Shown piece after piece: positions 36,706-47,211 of a stretch of DNA of 64,000 bases. The notes under the pieces were generated by a model, which was not told the origin of the DNA, searched no databases, and was given only the letters and a program-made list of their open reading frames with translations. The stretch lies in NCBI GenBank assembly GCA_038209515.1, contig JBBQXQ010000003.1, forward strand, positions 158-64,157. Direction: 5' to 3'. Made by a program: the position numbers and the translations under genes. The DNA is from Gemmatimonadales bacterium (GTDB lineage Bacteria; Gemmatimonadota; Gemmatimonadetes; Gemmatimonadales; GWC2-71-9). Each line of letters starts with the position of its first letter. Positions within the stretch are counted from its first letter, which is position 1.

Positions 36706-37139
36706 ATTGCGCCCCCCACCATCGGGCCACACCTGCCGGACTGAGCGTCATCTACGAGTTGCCCGATGAGCCGGTTCCCGTGTCCTGTGATCCTGCCGTG
36801 ATCGGCCGCGTGGTGGCGAACCTGGTAGGCAATGCGTACAAGTTTACCCGGCGCAACGGGGAAGTACGCATCGGCCTGGTCCAGCGCAATGGGCGGGTGC
36901 GCTTCAGCGTCACTGATCAGGGACCGGGGGTTGCACCGGAATACCGGGAACGGATCTTCGAGAAGTTTGGGCAGGTCCCGTCGAGCGGATCGGCAGGAGC
37001 GCGTTCGAGCGGCCTCGGTCTTACTTTCTGCAAGCTGGCGGTCGAGGCGCACCGAGGCGAGGTAGGGGTCGAAAGCGCCGAAACCGGAGGGTCTCGTTTT
37101 TGGGTTGAGCTCCCTCGCCTACAGACAAAGGAGCACTAG
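36706..37139 (+). pseudogene. Histidine kinase fragment (HATPase_c only; no HisKA or sensor part)
   Basis: It has the N box VVANLVGNAYKF, the G1 box DQGPGV and the G2 box GLGLTFCK. The frame is closed by TGA at 36703-36705, only 35 nt after the receiver gene, so no phospho-acceptor domain can be encoded. Confidence 0.6.
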
Positions 37140-38065
37140 GTGGCGTCTTCGATGTCGATCGGGATGGCGTCGGGGTCCCGGGCCGCGGCACCAGCGGGAG
37201 ATCCGGTGAGCGCACCCGCCCCGGCAAGCCGATCGATGAGGTCCCGCCTGGCCCGGGCGTCGGGCACCCGCAACTCCCAACCCGCGAGTCCCGCCACCTG
37301 ATCCGAGTCGGGAGGGGCTCCCTCTCCCGCCCAGGTGTTCAGGTTCAGGTGGTGGTGATAGCCACCCGCCGACACCGCCGCTAACGATGGTATCCGCATC
37401 ATCATATCCAAGCCGATCACGTCCCGGTAAAACCTCACCGCGCGCTCCAGGTCTGACACCGTGAAGTGTACGTGCCCGACAACGGTCCCGGCGGGAAGTC
37501 CGCGCCAGGGAAGCGAGACCGGCTGCGCGGCGGAGATCACGCCTTCGACATCCATCGGATCCACCGTCATCTGCACCACGCCATTGCTGACAGGCCACTG
37601 CGCCCGGGGCCGGTCGGCGTAAATCTCGAGACCATTTCCGTCGGGATCGTCGAGATACAGCGATTCGCTGACGGCATGATCGGACATCCCGCGCAAGGGA
37701 TACTGGGCCTGGTTCAGGCCCAGAAGCGCGCGACCCAGCTCGGCCCGGCCGGGCACGAGGAGAGCGACGTGGTACAGGCCCGTCGTTGCCGGTCGGGATG
37801 GACGGCGCCTGATGCCTGGCTTCTCCTCGAGCAGAATCAGCTCGCGCGCGCCACCGGTGTCGCCATCATCTGGCCGATTGGCCGACCGCGGTGCGAGGGC
37901 AACCGTGGAACCTTCCTCCCGGGCCACGCGAAAACCGAGCACGTCGCGATAGAACCGGAGCGACCGCTCGAGATCGCCCACCCGAAGCCGAACGCGGCCA
38001 ATGTGGGTATCAGACGGAAGGTGCTCACTGCTGCTGGCCCGTGGGTTTGCGATCGGAGAATCCAT
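37136..38065 (-). CDS. VOC-family (glyoxalase / extradiol dioxygenase-like) two-domain protein
   Basis: Two repeats of the VOC pattern are present (IGRVRLRVGDLERSLRFYRDVLGF; VGHVHFTVSDLERAVRFYRDVIGL). Confidence 0.75.
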   Translation of the reverse strand: MDSPIANPRASSSEHLPSDTHIGRVRLRVGDLERSLRFYRDVLGFRVAREEGSTVALAPRSANRPDDGDTGGARELILLEEKPGIRRRPSRPATTGLYHVALLVPGRAELGRALLGLNQAQYPLRGMSDHAVSESLYLDDPDGNGLEIYADRPRAQWPVSNGVVQMTVDPMDVEGVISAAQPVSLPWRGLPAGTVVGHVHFTVSDLERAVRFYRDVIGLDMMMRIPSLAAVSAGGYHHHLNLNTWAGEGAPPDSDQVAGLAGWELRVPDARARRDLIDRLAGAGALTGSPAGAAARDPDAIPIDIEDAT

Positions 38066-38224
38066 GCCTGATAAGTGGGTGACCGTTCCGCTCCGCGCAA
38101 CCCTTTTCCTTCACGGAGTATCTACCAAGAGACGGCCGGGCCTGACTCGTAGCGTGGGCTCCGGCCGAAACGCATCGCCCCATCCTACGTAGGGTCCTGT
38201 CCGGTGCCCTTCGGAGCTTCAGCG

Positions 38225-39436
38225 ATGTTCTTGAGCCGTCGCCATTTCATGCTGGGGAGCGCGGGCTTCGCGATGGCCGCCGCGCGGACCGGAACCGCCT
38301 GGCCCGCGCAGGCTCTGCCGCTTGCAAGCGGCCCGCGCTGGCAGCCCAGCGCCGATCTGCTGCGGAATCTGCCGCGGCTGCTGGAGTTGGCCTCGGTCCC
38401 CGGGCTCGCCATGGCGGTCGTGGATGGCGGCCGGGTCTGGACCCGCGGCTTCGGCGAGGCGGTGGAAGCGCCGCGTCAGGCGGTTTCGGACCAGACGGAG
38501 TTCGAAGCAGCCTCGCTCGGAAAGCCGGTCTTTGCCTATGCCGTCCTGCGGCTGGTGGACGCCCGGATTCTCGATCTCGACCGCCCCCTGTTCGATTATC
38601 TCCCTACGCCAGAAGCCAATAACGCCAGAATGAAGCGGGTGACCCCCCGCCACGTCCTCAGCCATACCACCGGGCTGCCCAACTGGCGGCAGCAGCCAGG
38701 GCCGCTGGAGCCGGCGAGCGATCCGGGCAAGACATTCACCTACTCCGGCGAGGCCTACTTCTACCTCCAGCGCGTGGTGGAGACGGTCACCGGTAAACCA
38801 TTCGCCCGGGTCATGCGAGAGCAGGTGCTCGATCCCCTCGGCATGAAGGAGACCAGCTACGTCTGGCTGCCCGAATTCGAATCGCGCATGGCGGCCGGAT
38901 ACGATGGACAGGAGAAACGGCTCGACGTGCAGGCGGCAATCGGGCGGCGAACGCTCGCCATCGCAGAGCAGTGGCGCGTTCCGCTGACCGATTGGCGCTA
39001 TGACGAGGCCGCCCGGGCGGTGCCGCTGATCAACCCGGAGTGGCCCCCGCTCCCGCTGTACATGGTGCCCAACGCGGCCACCTCGATGCTGACGACCGTG
39101 AGCGACTATGCCGGGTTCCTGACCCGGCTGGTCGCCCCCGCCGGTGCGCCCGGCCTGGATCTCAGCCCAGCCGGCCGGCGCGCGATGGCGACGCCGCAGG
39201 TGCGGCTGAACAGCGCTCTCTCGTGGGGACTGGGGTGGGGGATCCAACGGGACGAGCACGGCGAGCTACTCTGGCACTGGGGAGCCAACAACTCGTTCCG
39301 TAACTTCGTGATTGCCGATCCAGCCAACAACCGGGCCGTCGTTGTGTTCACCAACAGCGAGAACGGCCCCCGTATCTACGAACGGGTCATCGTGGCCGTG
39401 ACCGGACACGATCACCCGGCGTTTCTGTGGATTTAG
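38225..39436 (+). CDS. Serine hydrolase, beta-lactamase family, with a Tat-type signal
   Basis: It has a twin-arginine leader (MFLSRRHFMLGSAGFAMAAA), the SxxK motif ASLGK and YSGEAY. The start is set to ATG 38225. Confidence 0.8.
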   Translation: MFLSRRHFMLGSAGFAMAAARTGTAWPAQALPLASGPRWQPSADLLRNLPRLLELASVPGLAMAVVDGGRVWTRGFGEAVEAPRQAVSDQTEFEAASLGKPVFAYAVLRLVDARILDLDRPLFDYLPTPEANNARMKRVTPRHVLSHTTGLPNWRQQPGPLEPASDPGKTFTYSGEAYFYLQRVVETVTGKPFARVMREQVLDPLGMKETSYVWLPEFESRMAAGYDGQEKRLDVQAAIGRRTLAIAEQWRVPLTDWRYDEAARAVPLINPEWPPLPLYMVPNAATSMLTTVSDYAGFLTRLVAPAGAPGLDLSPAGRRAMATPQVRLNSALSWGLGWGIQRDEHGELLWHWGANNSFRNFVIADPANNRAVVVFTNSENGPRIYERVIVAVTGHDHPAFLWI

Positions 39437-39444
39437 CTGGGGAG

Positions 39445-39470
39445 ATCCCTGGCTTCGCTCGGAATGACAG
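39445..39470 (-). repeat. Short dispersed repeat with a GAGCGAAGC core (copy 2, inverted)
   Basis: The minus strand reads ctgtcattccgagcgaagccagggat, 9 nt after the hydrolase stop. Confidence 0.4.
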
Positions 39471-39534
39471 CCGACTTCCACCAGTATCAGTCCCCCACTA
39501 CTTATAGCGCTCGGATTCTCACGAAAGCGGCTCC

Positions 39535-40428
39535 GTGCGCCTCGGCATACGTTGGAAAATCGTGCTTGCCTTCGCGGCGGTGTACCTGTGCTGGGGCATG
39601 ACCTACCTGGCCATGCGCATCGCGGTGCAGGACATACCACCGCATCTCATGTCGGGGGCGCGGTTCCTCGTTGCCGGTCTGGTGCTCTACCTGTGGACCC
39701 GCCGGCGCGGCGATCCCAGGCCTACCCCTATCCAATGGCGTGCCGCGGCCATGGTCGGCGCCTTCCTTCTGCTGGGCGGGAACGCGACGGTGGCCTGGGC
39801 GGAACAGCAGGTCCCCTCCGGGCTCGCCGCCGTGCTCATCGCGGTGGCTCCGATCTGGATGGTCGCCTTCGAGTGGGCCAGGGGCGGGCCACGACCGGGG
39901 GCGCGGGTGACCGCCGGACTGATCCTCGGCCTGCTGGGCCTGGCGATTCTGGTGTCGCCCAGGGGCGACGCCGCCACTCAAGTCAACCCGGTGGGTGCGG
40001 TGATGCTGGTACTCGCGTCGGCCTCATGGGCGTGGGGATCGGTCGTCTCGAAGTCGGCTCCGCTTCCGAAGTCGCCGTTCCTCGCCACCAGCATGGAAAT
40101 GATCGGGGGCGGTGTCCTGCTGCTGCTCACGGCAGCGGCGGCGGGACAGTTTGCTCATTTCAGACCCACGCAGGTATCGGCGGACGCCGTGCTGGCTTGG
40201 TTGTTTCTCGTGATCTTCGGATCACTGGTGGGCTTTACGGCGTATATCTGGCTGCTCGGCGTCACGTCGATCGCCAAGGTGGGCACCTACGCCTACGTCA
40301 ACCCGATCGTGGCGGTCTTCCTGGGTTGGGCAATCCTGGATGAGCCCGTGACCGGCAGGACGCTGCTGGCGGCGCTGGTCATTCTGGTCGGCGTGGGCCT
40401 GGTCAACATCGAATGGAAGACGAGTTGA
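39535..40428 (+). CDS. EamA/DMT family transporter
   Basis: The 297-aa protein has ten hydrophobic helices in two EamA-like halves. Confidence 0.8.
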   Translation: MRLGIRWKIVLAFAAVYLCWGMTYLAMRIAVQDIPPHLMSGARFLVAGLVLYLWTRRRGDPRPTPIQWRAAAMVGAFLLLGGNATVAWAEQQVPSGLAAVLIAVAPIWMVAFEWARGGPRPGARVTAGLILGLLGLAILVSPRGDAATQVNPVGAVMLVLASASWAWGSVVSKSAPLPKSPFLATSMEMIGGGVLLLLTAAAAGQFAHFRPTQVSADAVLAWLFLVIFGSLVGFTAYIWLLGVTSIAKVGTYAYVNPIVAVFLGWAILDEPVTGRTLLAALVILVGVGLVNIEWKTS

Positions 40429-40435
40429 CGGCGCA

Positions 40436-41289
40436 TCAACCGGGCGCCTCGGCTGCAGTCGCGTCGCCCCGCCCCGGCTCGCGGAGCTCCCTCGGTTCCT
40501 TGGCCTTTCCTCGAGCGAGCCGCTGCTGGAAGGCATCGAGATAGGTGTAGACCACCGGGGTGATGTAGAGGGTGATCAGCTGGGAGAAGAGCAGCCCGCC
40601 CACCCACGGCGATGCCCAAGGGACGGCGGGACTCGGCGCCCGCGCCCTGGCCGAGTGCGATCGGCAGGGTGCCCATCAACGCAGCCATCGTGGTCATCAT
40701 AATCGGCCGGAACCGGACGCCGGCCGCTTCCAGAATGGCCTTTCGGGCGGTGGTGTGCTCTCGCCGCTCACGCTCGATGGCGAAGTCGATCATCATGATC
40801 GCATTCTTCTTCACGATGCCGACCAGCATGATGACCCCGACGAACGCATAGATGCTGAGGTCGAGCCGGAAGATCACCAACGCCAACAGGGCCCCGAACC
40901 CTGCGAAGGGAAGGCCCGAAAGGATCGTCAGGGGGTGGATGAAGCTCTCGTACAGAATGCCGAGCACCAGGTAGATCACCAGGATCGCAAGGATGAGCAG
41001 CACCAGCAATCCTTGTTGGGCGGCCTGAAAGGCCTGCGCCGTGCCGGCGAAGCCGGTGCTGATCGTAGAAGGCAGAACCTGTCGCGCTGCCGCCTGTACC
41101 TGGTCCACCGCCGTGCCGATAGAGACGCCGGGCTGGAGGTTGAATGAAAGGGTCACCGACGGCAGCTGTCCCGTGTGATTCACCGTGAGCGGACCCGTAG
41201 CCGGCGTGATCTGAGCCAGGCTGCCCAGGGGGACCGACACCCCCTGGCGGCCGGTGATATGGAGCAGGTTCATGGCCGAGAGGTCGCGC
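40436..41289 (-). pseudogene. RND (AcrB-type) efflux pump C-terminal fragment with a +1 frameshift
   Basis: It encodes only the last 280 or so aa of a roughly 1000-aa pump (LYESFIHPLTILSGLP, VGIVKKNAIMMIDFA, RFRPIMMTTMAALMG). At about 40600 an extra G in gtgggtgggc shifts the frame. The corrected frame gives VGGLLFSQLITLYITPVVYTYLD... and ends at TGA 40436-40438. Confidence 0.72.
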
Positions 41290-41728
41290 CGGTACTGGGG
41301 CAGCAGCTCCTGGGACATGAAGGCATAGGTCTGCTCGTACTCCTCGAGCCGGTCCCTGACCTCCTGGCTTCGTATCGGCAGGCTGGTGCGGGCCGCGCCG
41401 ATCGCTTCGTGGAATTGCTGCCACCGAGTGAGTCGCTGGGCCATCGTGTGAATGAAAAGATTCGGGCGCACGCTGTAGTAGTCCCGGCGGTCGGCGGGCC
41501 GGCAGACCGCTCGAGCAGGCCGCGCTGCTCCAGCAGGCGCGCATTGGTGCTCACGCTGCCCTTGCTGACTCGGAGTTCGGCGGCGAGATCGTCCAGCGAA
41601 CGGGCATCCTCACTGACCAGCAAAAGGCCGAAGATCCGCCCCGCGATGCGCGGCAGGCCGTCAGATTCGAGGGCGACGCCCATTCGCTCGATGAAATTCA
41701 CCGTTTGCGGATCGTTGGTCTTCCTCAT
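41290..41728 (-). pseudogene. GbsR/MarR-like transcriptional regulator, frameshifted and fused to the RND fragment
   Basis: MRKTNDPQTVNFIERMGVALESDGLPRIAGRIFGLLLVS...LLEQRGLLER is followed by a 1-nt deletion at about 41497. The protein continues in another frame as VCRPADRRDYYSVRPNLFIHTMAQRL... and runs without a stop into RND sequence. Confidence 0.6.
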
Positions 41729-41773
41729 TCGGGTTTAGACGCAGACCCGAAGCGGAAGTTAATCCGTTCAGTA

Positions 41774-42750
41774 TCAACTGAATGATTCTACGGTCACGGA
41801 TTGGCCGGCCGGCAGACCTCGCGCCGAGCGCTGCCGCCCGATCCCCAACACCATGAGAGCGGCGACGAAGCAGAGCACGCCGGCAATCGTAAACGCCTCG
41901 ACATAGCCGCCGAGCGCGGTGCGAAGCGCGCCCGCCCCAAAGGCCGCGATCGCCGCGCCGAGCTGGTGGGCGGCCACGATCCAGCCAAACATCACCGGCC
42001 CATTCGCCTGCCCGAAGACACCTCGGGAATTCCGTGATCGATGCAGGCCGGGATGAGGTGGGTGCCGATGAGGCCGTTGGTGCTGGCGCCACAGATGAAG
42101 AAGCTGCCGGCGAGGAGCCGGAAGTCCCGGGAGCGGATTCCCTGGTTCAGGGCTGCGAGTGCGCCGACGGAGGTCGGCCCGGGCGCGGCCGCGCTTCTGC
42201 TTCCTTCGATGGCCGGCTCACCGTATCGGGTGAGTCCTACCTCCTCAGGCCGCTCCCGCAGGAACAGGAGCACCAGCGGGATCACCAGTGAGACGGCCCC
42301 GGCAACCAGGAGAGTCGCTGCCCGCCAGCCATACCGCTGAACCACGGCCGCCAGGAGCGGCAGAAAGATGAGTTGACCGGTGGCGGTGCTCGCGGTGAGA
42401 ACTCCCATCACCAGCCCTCGGCGCTCGGCGAACCAGCGGTTCACCACCGTGGCCCCGAGCACGAGCGCGGTCATCCCGGTGCCGACCCCCACCACGACGC
42501 CCCAGAGAAGCACCAGCTGCCAGAGCGCCCGAACCAGCGGAGTGAGGGCAACGCCGGTCACGAGTGTGGCTGCCGACAGGAGGACCGTGGTGCGCACGCC
42601 CAGCCGCTGCATGAGGGCCGTGGCGAACGGTCCCATCAGGCCGTAAAGGATGAGATTGATCGAGATAGCGAGGGAGATCGTGGCGCGGGTCCAGCCGAAC
42701 TCTCGCTCCAGCGGGACGATCAGAATGCTCGGCGTGGCGCGCACGCCGGC
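41774..42750 (-). pseudogene. MFS transporter remnant (N-terminally truncated, with an internal out-of-frame deletion)
   Basis: It begins mid-helix (AGVRATPSILIVPLEREFGW) immediately after the upstream stop. The sequence ...IPACIDHGIPEV then jumps at about 41995-42005 to ...FGQANGPVMFGWIVAAHQLG in another frame. By comparison with typical 12-TM MFS proteins, about 100 aa are missing. Confidence 0.7.
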
Positions 42751-42753
42751 CGA

Positions 42754-43254
42754 TCAAGGCGTTTTGGTTCGCTTGGCGAAGTAGGCCCCGAGGAGGGTTG
42801 CCTCGTCGGTCATGGACCGGACCGCAATTCGCGTTTCCCGGAGCAGGAGGACGCAGCCCAGCACCAGGCCCATGACTCCCCCAAAACCCGCTGCCAAGGC
42901 GATGGTCTCGAAGGTCGCCGGCAGGGCGCGGAGCTGGGTCCCCAGCAGTGCGGCGCCGATGAGCGACGTGAGCGCCGCTGCCGCGAACGAGCCGATCGAC
43001 ACATAGAAAAGACGCAACGCACCGAGCAGCATCACCGCCCGCCGGGCGGCGCTGTCGAGCTCGCTCAACCGCAGAGCCGCGAGATCCACCGCCTTGGCCG
43101 GAGTGTCCAGCTCAGTGGCCAGAGTCCGGGCCCGATCCACGGCGCGCGCCAGGCGATTGCTGGTGCTCAGCACGAGGATGGAGGAGGCGTTGGTCAGCAC
43201 CGCCGGCGCTACGATGAGCGACAATGCGGCGTACGGGTTGGTGGGGTCGCTCAT
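42754..43254 (-). CDS. DUF2721-like membrane protein
   Basis: The 166-aa protein has three or four hydrophobic segments. The family assignment is from memory and not searched. Confidence 0.5.
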   Translation of the reverse strand: MSDPTNPYAALSLIVAPAVLTNASSILVLSTSNRLARAVDRARTLATELDTPAKAVDLAALRLSELDSAARRAVMLLGALRLFYVSIGSFAAAALTSLIGAALLGTQLRALPATFETIALAAGFGGVMGLVLGCVLLLRETRIAVRSMTDEATLLGAYFAKRTKTP

Positions 43255-43294
43255 GTCGGCGGCCTAGGTGAGGGTCCGCCTGAATATGAGCGAA

Positions 43295-43323
43295 GCGCGC
43301 ACCCCGGCAAATGGGATGCGCGC
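43295..43323 (-). terminator. Candidate terminator downstream of the HtrA gene
   Basis: The minus strand reads GCGCGCA-tcccatttgccgggg-TGCGCGC followed by ttcgctcatattc. Confidence 0.35.
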
Positions 43324-43348
43324 TCCGGAATCTATGACTGCAGTGAGC

Positions 43349-44971
<1,623 letters not shown>

Positions 44972-45171
44972 TATCTACTCCCGCATGAGCATGCGTATGG
45001 GTTCGGAGCGGTATTGCTCCGTAGGGCTATGTGATGCCCATGCAGAGGATTCCGTCGCGCCGTCTGAAACGACCCTCGTCAGCCGGCCGTAGGGTTGCCT
45101 CACGCCCCCGGTCAGAACATCATCCTCGCCGCACGAAGAATCATTCAGGACCCTCTGAGCCGGAGAAGCTG

Positions 45172-47160
45172 ATGGATTGCACGGCCCCTCGTCGTCATAG
45201 CACGCTCACCGGACTCGTCTTGTTGACGGTCCTCTCGGCCTGTAGTGGCAGCCGAAGCGCGCCGGTCACCTCTCCCACTCCGGGTGCGGTGGGGGCACAC
45301 ACCGGTAACCTCGCAGTTCCCGCTCTTGAAGGGTTCGAGCGGGCCGTGACCAACGGCACCCGCACCCGCACGGGAAAGCCGGGTCCTCGCTACTGGCAGC
45401 AATGGACGGACTACCGTCTGGAGGCCGAGCTCAATCCGATCTCCAAGCGGCTCACGGGCAAGGGGTCGGTGACCTACTACAACCGCTCGCCCGACGTGCT
45501 GAAGGAGGTCTACGTCCAGCTGCTGCACAACATCTTCGCGCCGAACAGCCGGCATAACACCGACGTCCCCTGGCAGGTCGAGGGTATCGAGCTGGATCGC
45601 GTGGCGGTGCAGGGGCAGGAGCTCAGGAAGACCGAGGGAGACGCGCCCGGCTACAAGGTAGATGGAACCGTCATGCGGATTCAGCTGCCACGGACGTTGC
45701 CGCCCGGCGGCTCGGTCGCGTTCGACTTTGCCTGGAAGCTCAGGATACCGCCCGACGGGGCACCCCGGGGAGGCCAGGACGGCGAGGTCTTCTACATCAA
45801 TTACTGGTATCCGCAGGTGGCCGTCTACGACGACATCAACGGATGGCAGATCGACCAGTATCTGGGCAACGCCGAGTTCTATATGGGCTACGGGAGCTAT
45901 GACGTGGCGCTCACCGTGCCGGCGGGTTGGCTGGTGGATGCCACCGGCCGGCTGCAGAACCCGGCGGAGGTCCTCTCACCGCAGACTCGCGAGCGGCTGG
46001 ATTCGGCCGGCCGGGCACCCGGCATAGTTCACGTCGTGACCGACCTCGACCGCGAGCCGGGAAGAGCCACCACCGCCGGCACCAACGGCAAGCTCACCTG
46101 GCGATTTCGGGCCGAGAACGTGCGCGACGTGTCCTGGGCCACCTCCGCCAGGTATCTCTGGGATGCCACCAATGCGGCAGTCGGCGATGCGACCGGCGAC
46201 GGGCGTCCGGACACGACGGCGATCTATTCGTTCTATCGTCCCGAGCAGCGTCGGATCAGCCACTGGGACGAAAGCGCCCGAGACGCCCGCTACTCGATCG
46301 AATTCTACTCCAAGTATCTGGCGCCCTATCCCTACCCCCACATGACCGCGGTGGACGGACCCACCTCCTGCGGTGGCATGGAGTACCCGATGATGACCTG
46401 CATCGGCGGCCAGTGGGACACGCTCGGCCTGTATGAGGTCACGACCCATGAGATCGGACACATGTGGTTTCCCATGGTCGTGGGCTCGGACGAGAAGCGC
46501 TACGCCTGGATGGACGAGGGGCTCACCCAGTTCGATCAGTCCCAATCCATGGACAGCTTTTTCAAGGGCTTCGACGACGAGGCGCGGAACCGGAAGAACT
46601 ACCTCGACATCGCCCAGATGGGGAGTGAGGTGGAGCTGATGCATCACGGCGACCGCTATCCCACCTACGCCTCGTACGGGGTGGCGAGCTACTACAAGCC
46701 GGCGAGCGTGCTCGTGGCGCTCCGGGCTGTGCTCGGGGCCGAGACGTTCCACAAGGCCTACACCGAATACATCCGCCGCTGGAGCTACAAGCACCCCTCA
46801 CCCTATGACTTCTTCCACACCTTCGAGGACGTCTCGGGCAAGGACCTGTCATGGTTCTGGCGGACCTGGTTCTTCGAGACCTGGAAGCTCGATCAGGCAA
46901 TCGATACGGTCACCACGGCCGGCGATTCACTCGAGGTCATCGTCGAGAACCGGGGACGGGCACCGATGCCGGTCTTCCTGGCGGTGACCCGGGCCAACGG
47001 CCGGGTGGACCAGATGACCATCCCGGTGGACATCTGGTTTGCGGGCGACCGGCGGCACGCCATCCGGATAGCACGGGAGCCGATGGTCAAGAGCATCGAG
47101 ATCGATACCCAGAAGGACTTTCCGGATCTCGACCGGACCAACCAGGTGTGGCCCCGGTAG
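45172..47160 (+). CDS. M1 family metallopeptidase (lipoprotein)
   Basis: The zinc site is HEIGHMWF with downstream WMDEGLTQF. The start is set to ATG 45172 (lipobox LSAC). Confidence 0.8.
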   Translation: MDCTAPRRHSTLTGLVLLTVLSACSGSRSAPVTSPTPGAVGAHTGNLAVPALEGFERAVTNGTRTRTGKPGPRYWQQWTDYRLEAELNPISKRLTGKGSVTYYNRSPDVLKEVYVQLLHNIFAPNSRHNTDVPWQVEGIELDRVAVQGQELRKTEGDAPGYKVDGTVMRIQLPRTLPPGGSVAFDFAWKLRIPPDGAPRGGQDGEVFYINYWYPQVAVYDDINGWQIDQYLGNAEFYMGYGSYDVALTVPAGWLVDATGRLQNPAEVLSPQTRERLDSAGRAPGIVHVVTDLDREPGRATTAGTNGKLTWRFRAENVRDVSWATSARYLWDATNAAVGDATGDGRPDTTAIYSFYRPEQRRISHWDESARDARYSIEFYSKYLAPYPYPHMTAVDGPTSCGGMEYPMMTCIGGQWDTLGLYEVTTHEIGHMWFPMVVGSDEKRYAWMDEGLTQFDQSQSMDSFFKGFDDEARNRKNYLDIAQMGSEVELMHHGDRYPTYASYGVASYYKPASVLVALRAVLGAETFHKAYTEYIRRWSYKHPSPYDFFHTFEDVSGKDLSWFWRTWFFETWKLDQAIDTVTTAGDSLEVIVENRGRAPMPVFLAVTRANGRVDQMTIPVDIWFAGDRRHAIRIAREPMVKSIEIDTQKDFPDLDRTNQVWPR

Positions 47161-47211
47161 CGTAGACTCTAGACTCTTCGCTTGACTCTGAATGACGGGT
47201 AGCTTTGCAGC

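Noticed and set aside
47161-47211. Direct repeats TAGACTC-TAGACTC-(N6)-TTGACTC upstream of otsAB, considered as a promoter or operator
   Set aside because: The TTGACT to TAGCTT spacing is only about 12 nt, so no convincing -35/-10 pair exists. The repeats are too short to distinguish from chance.
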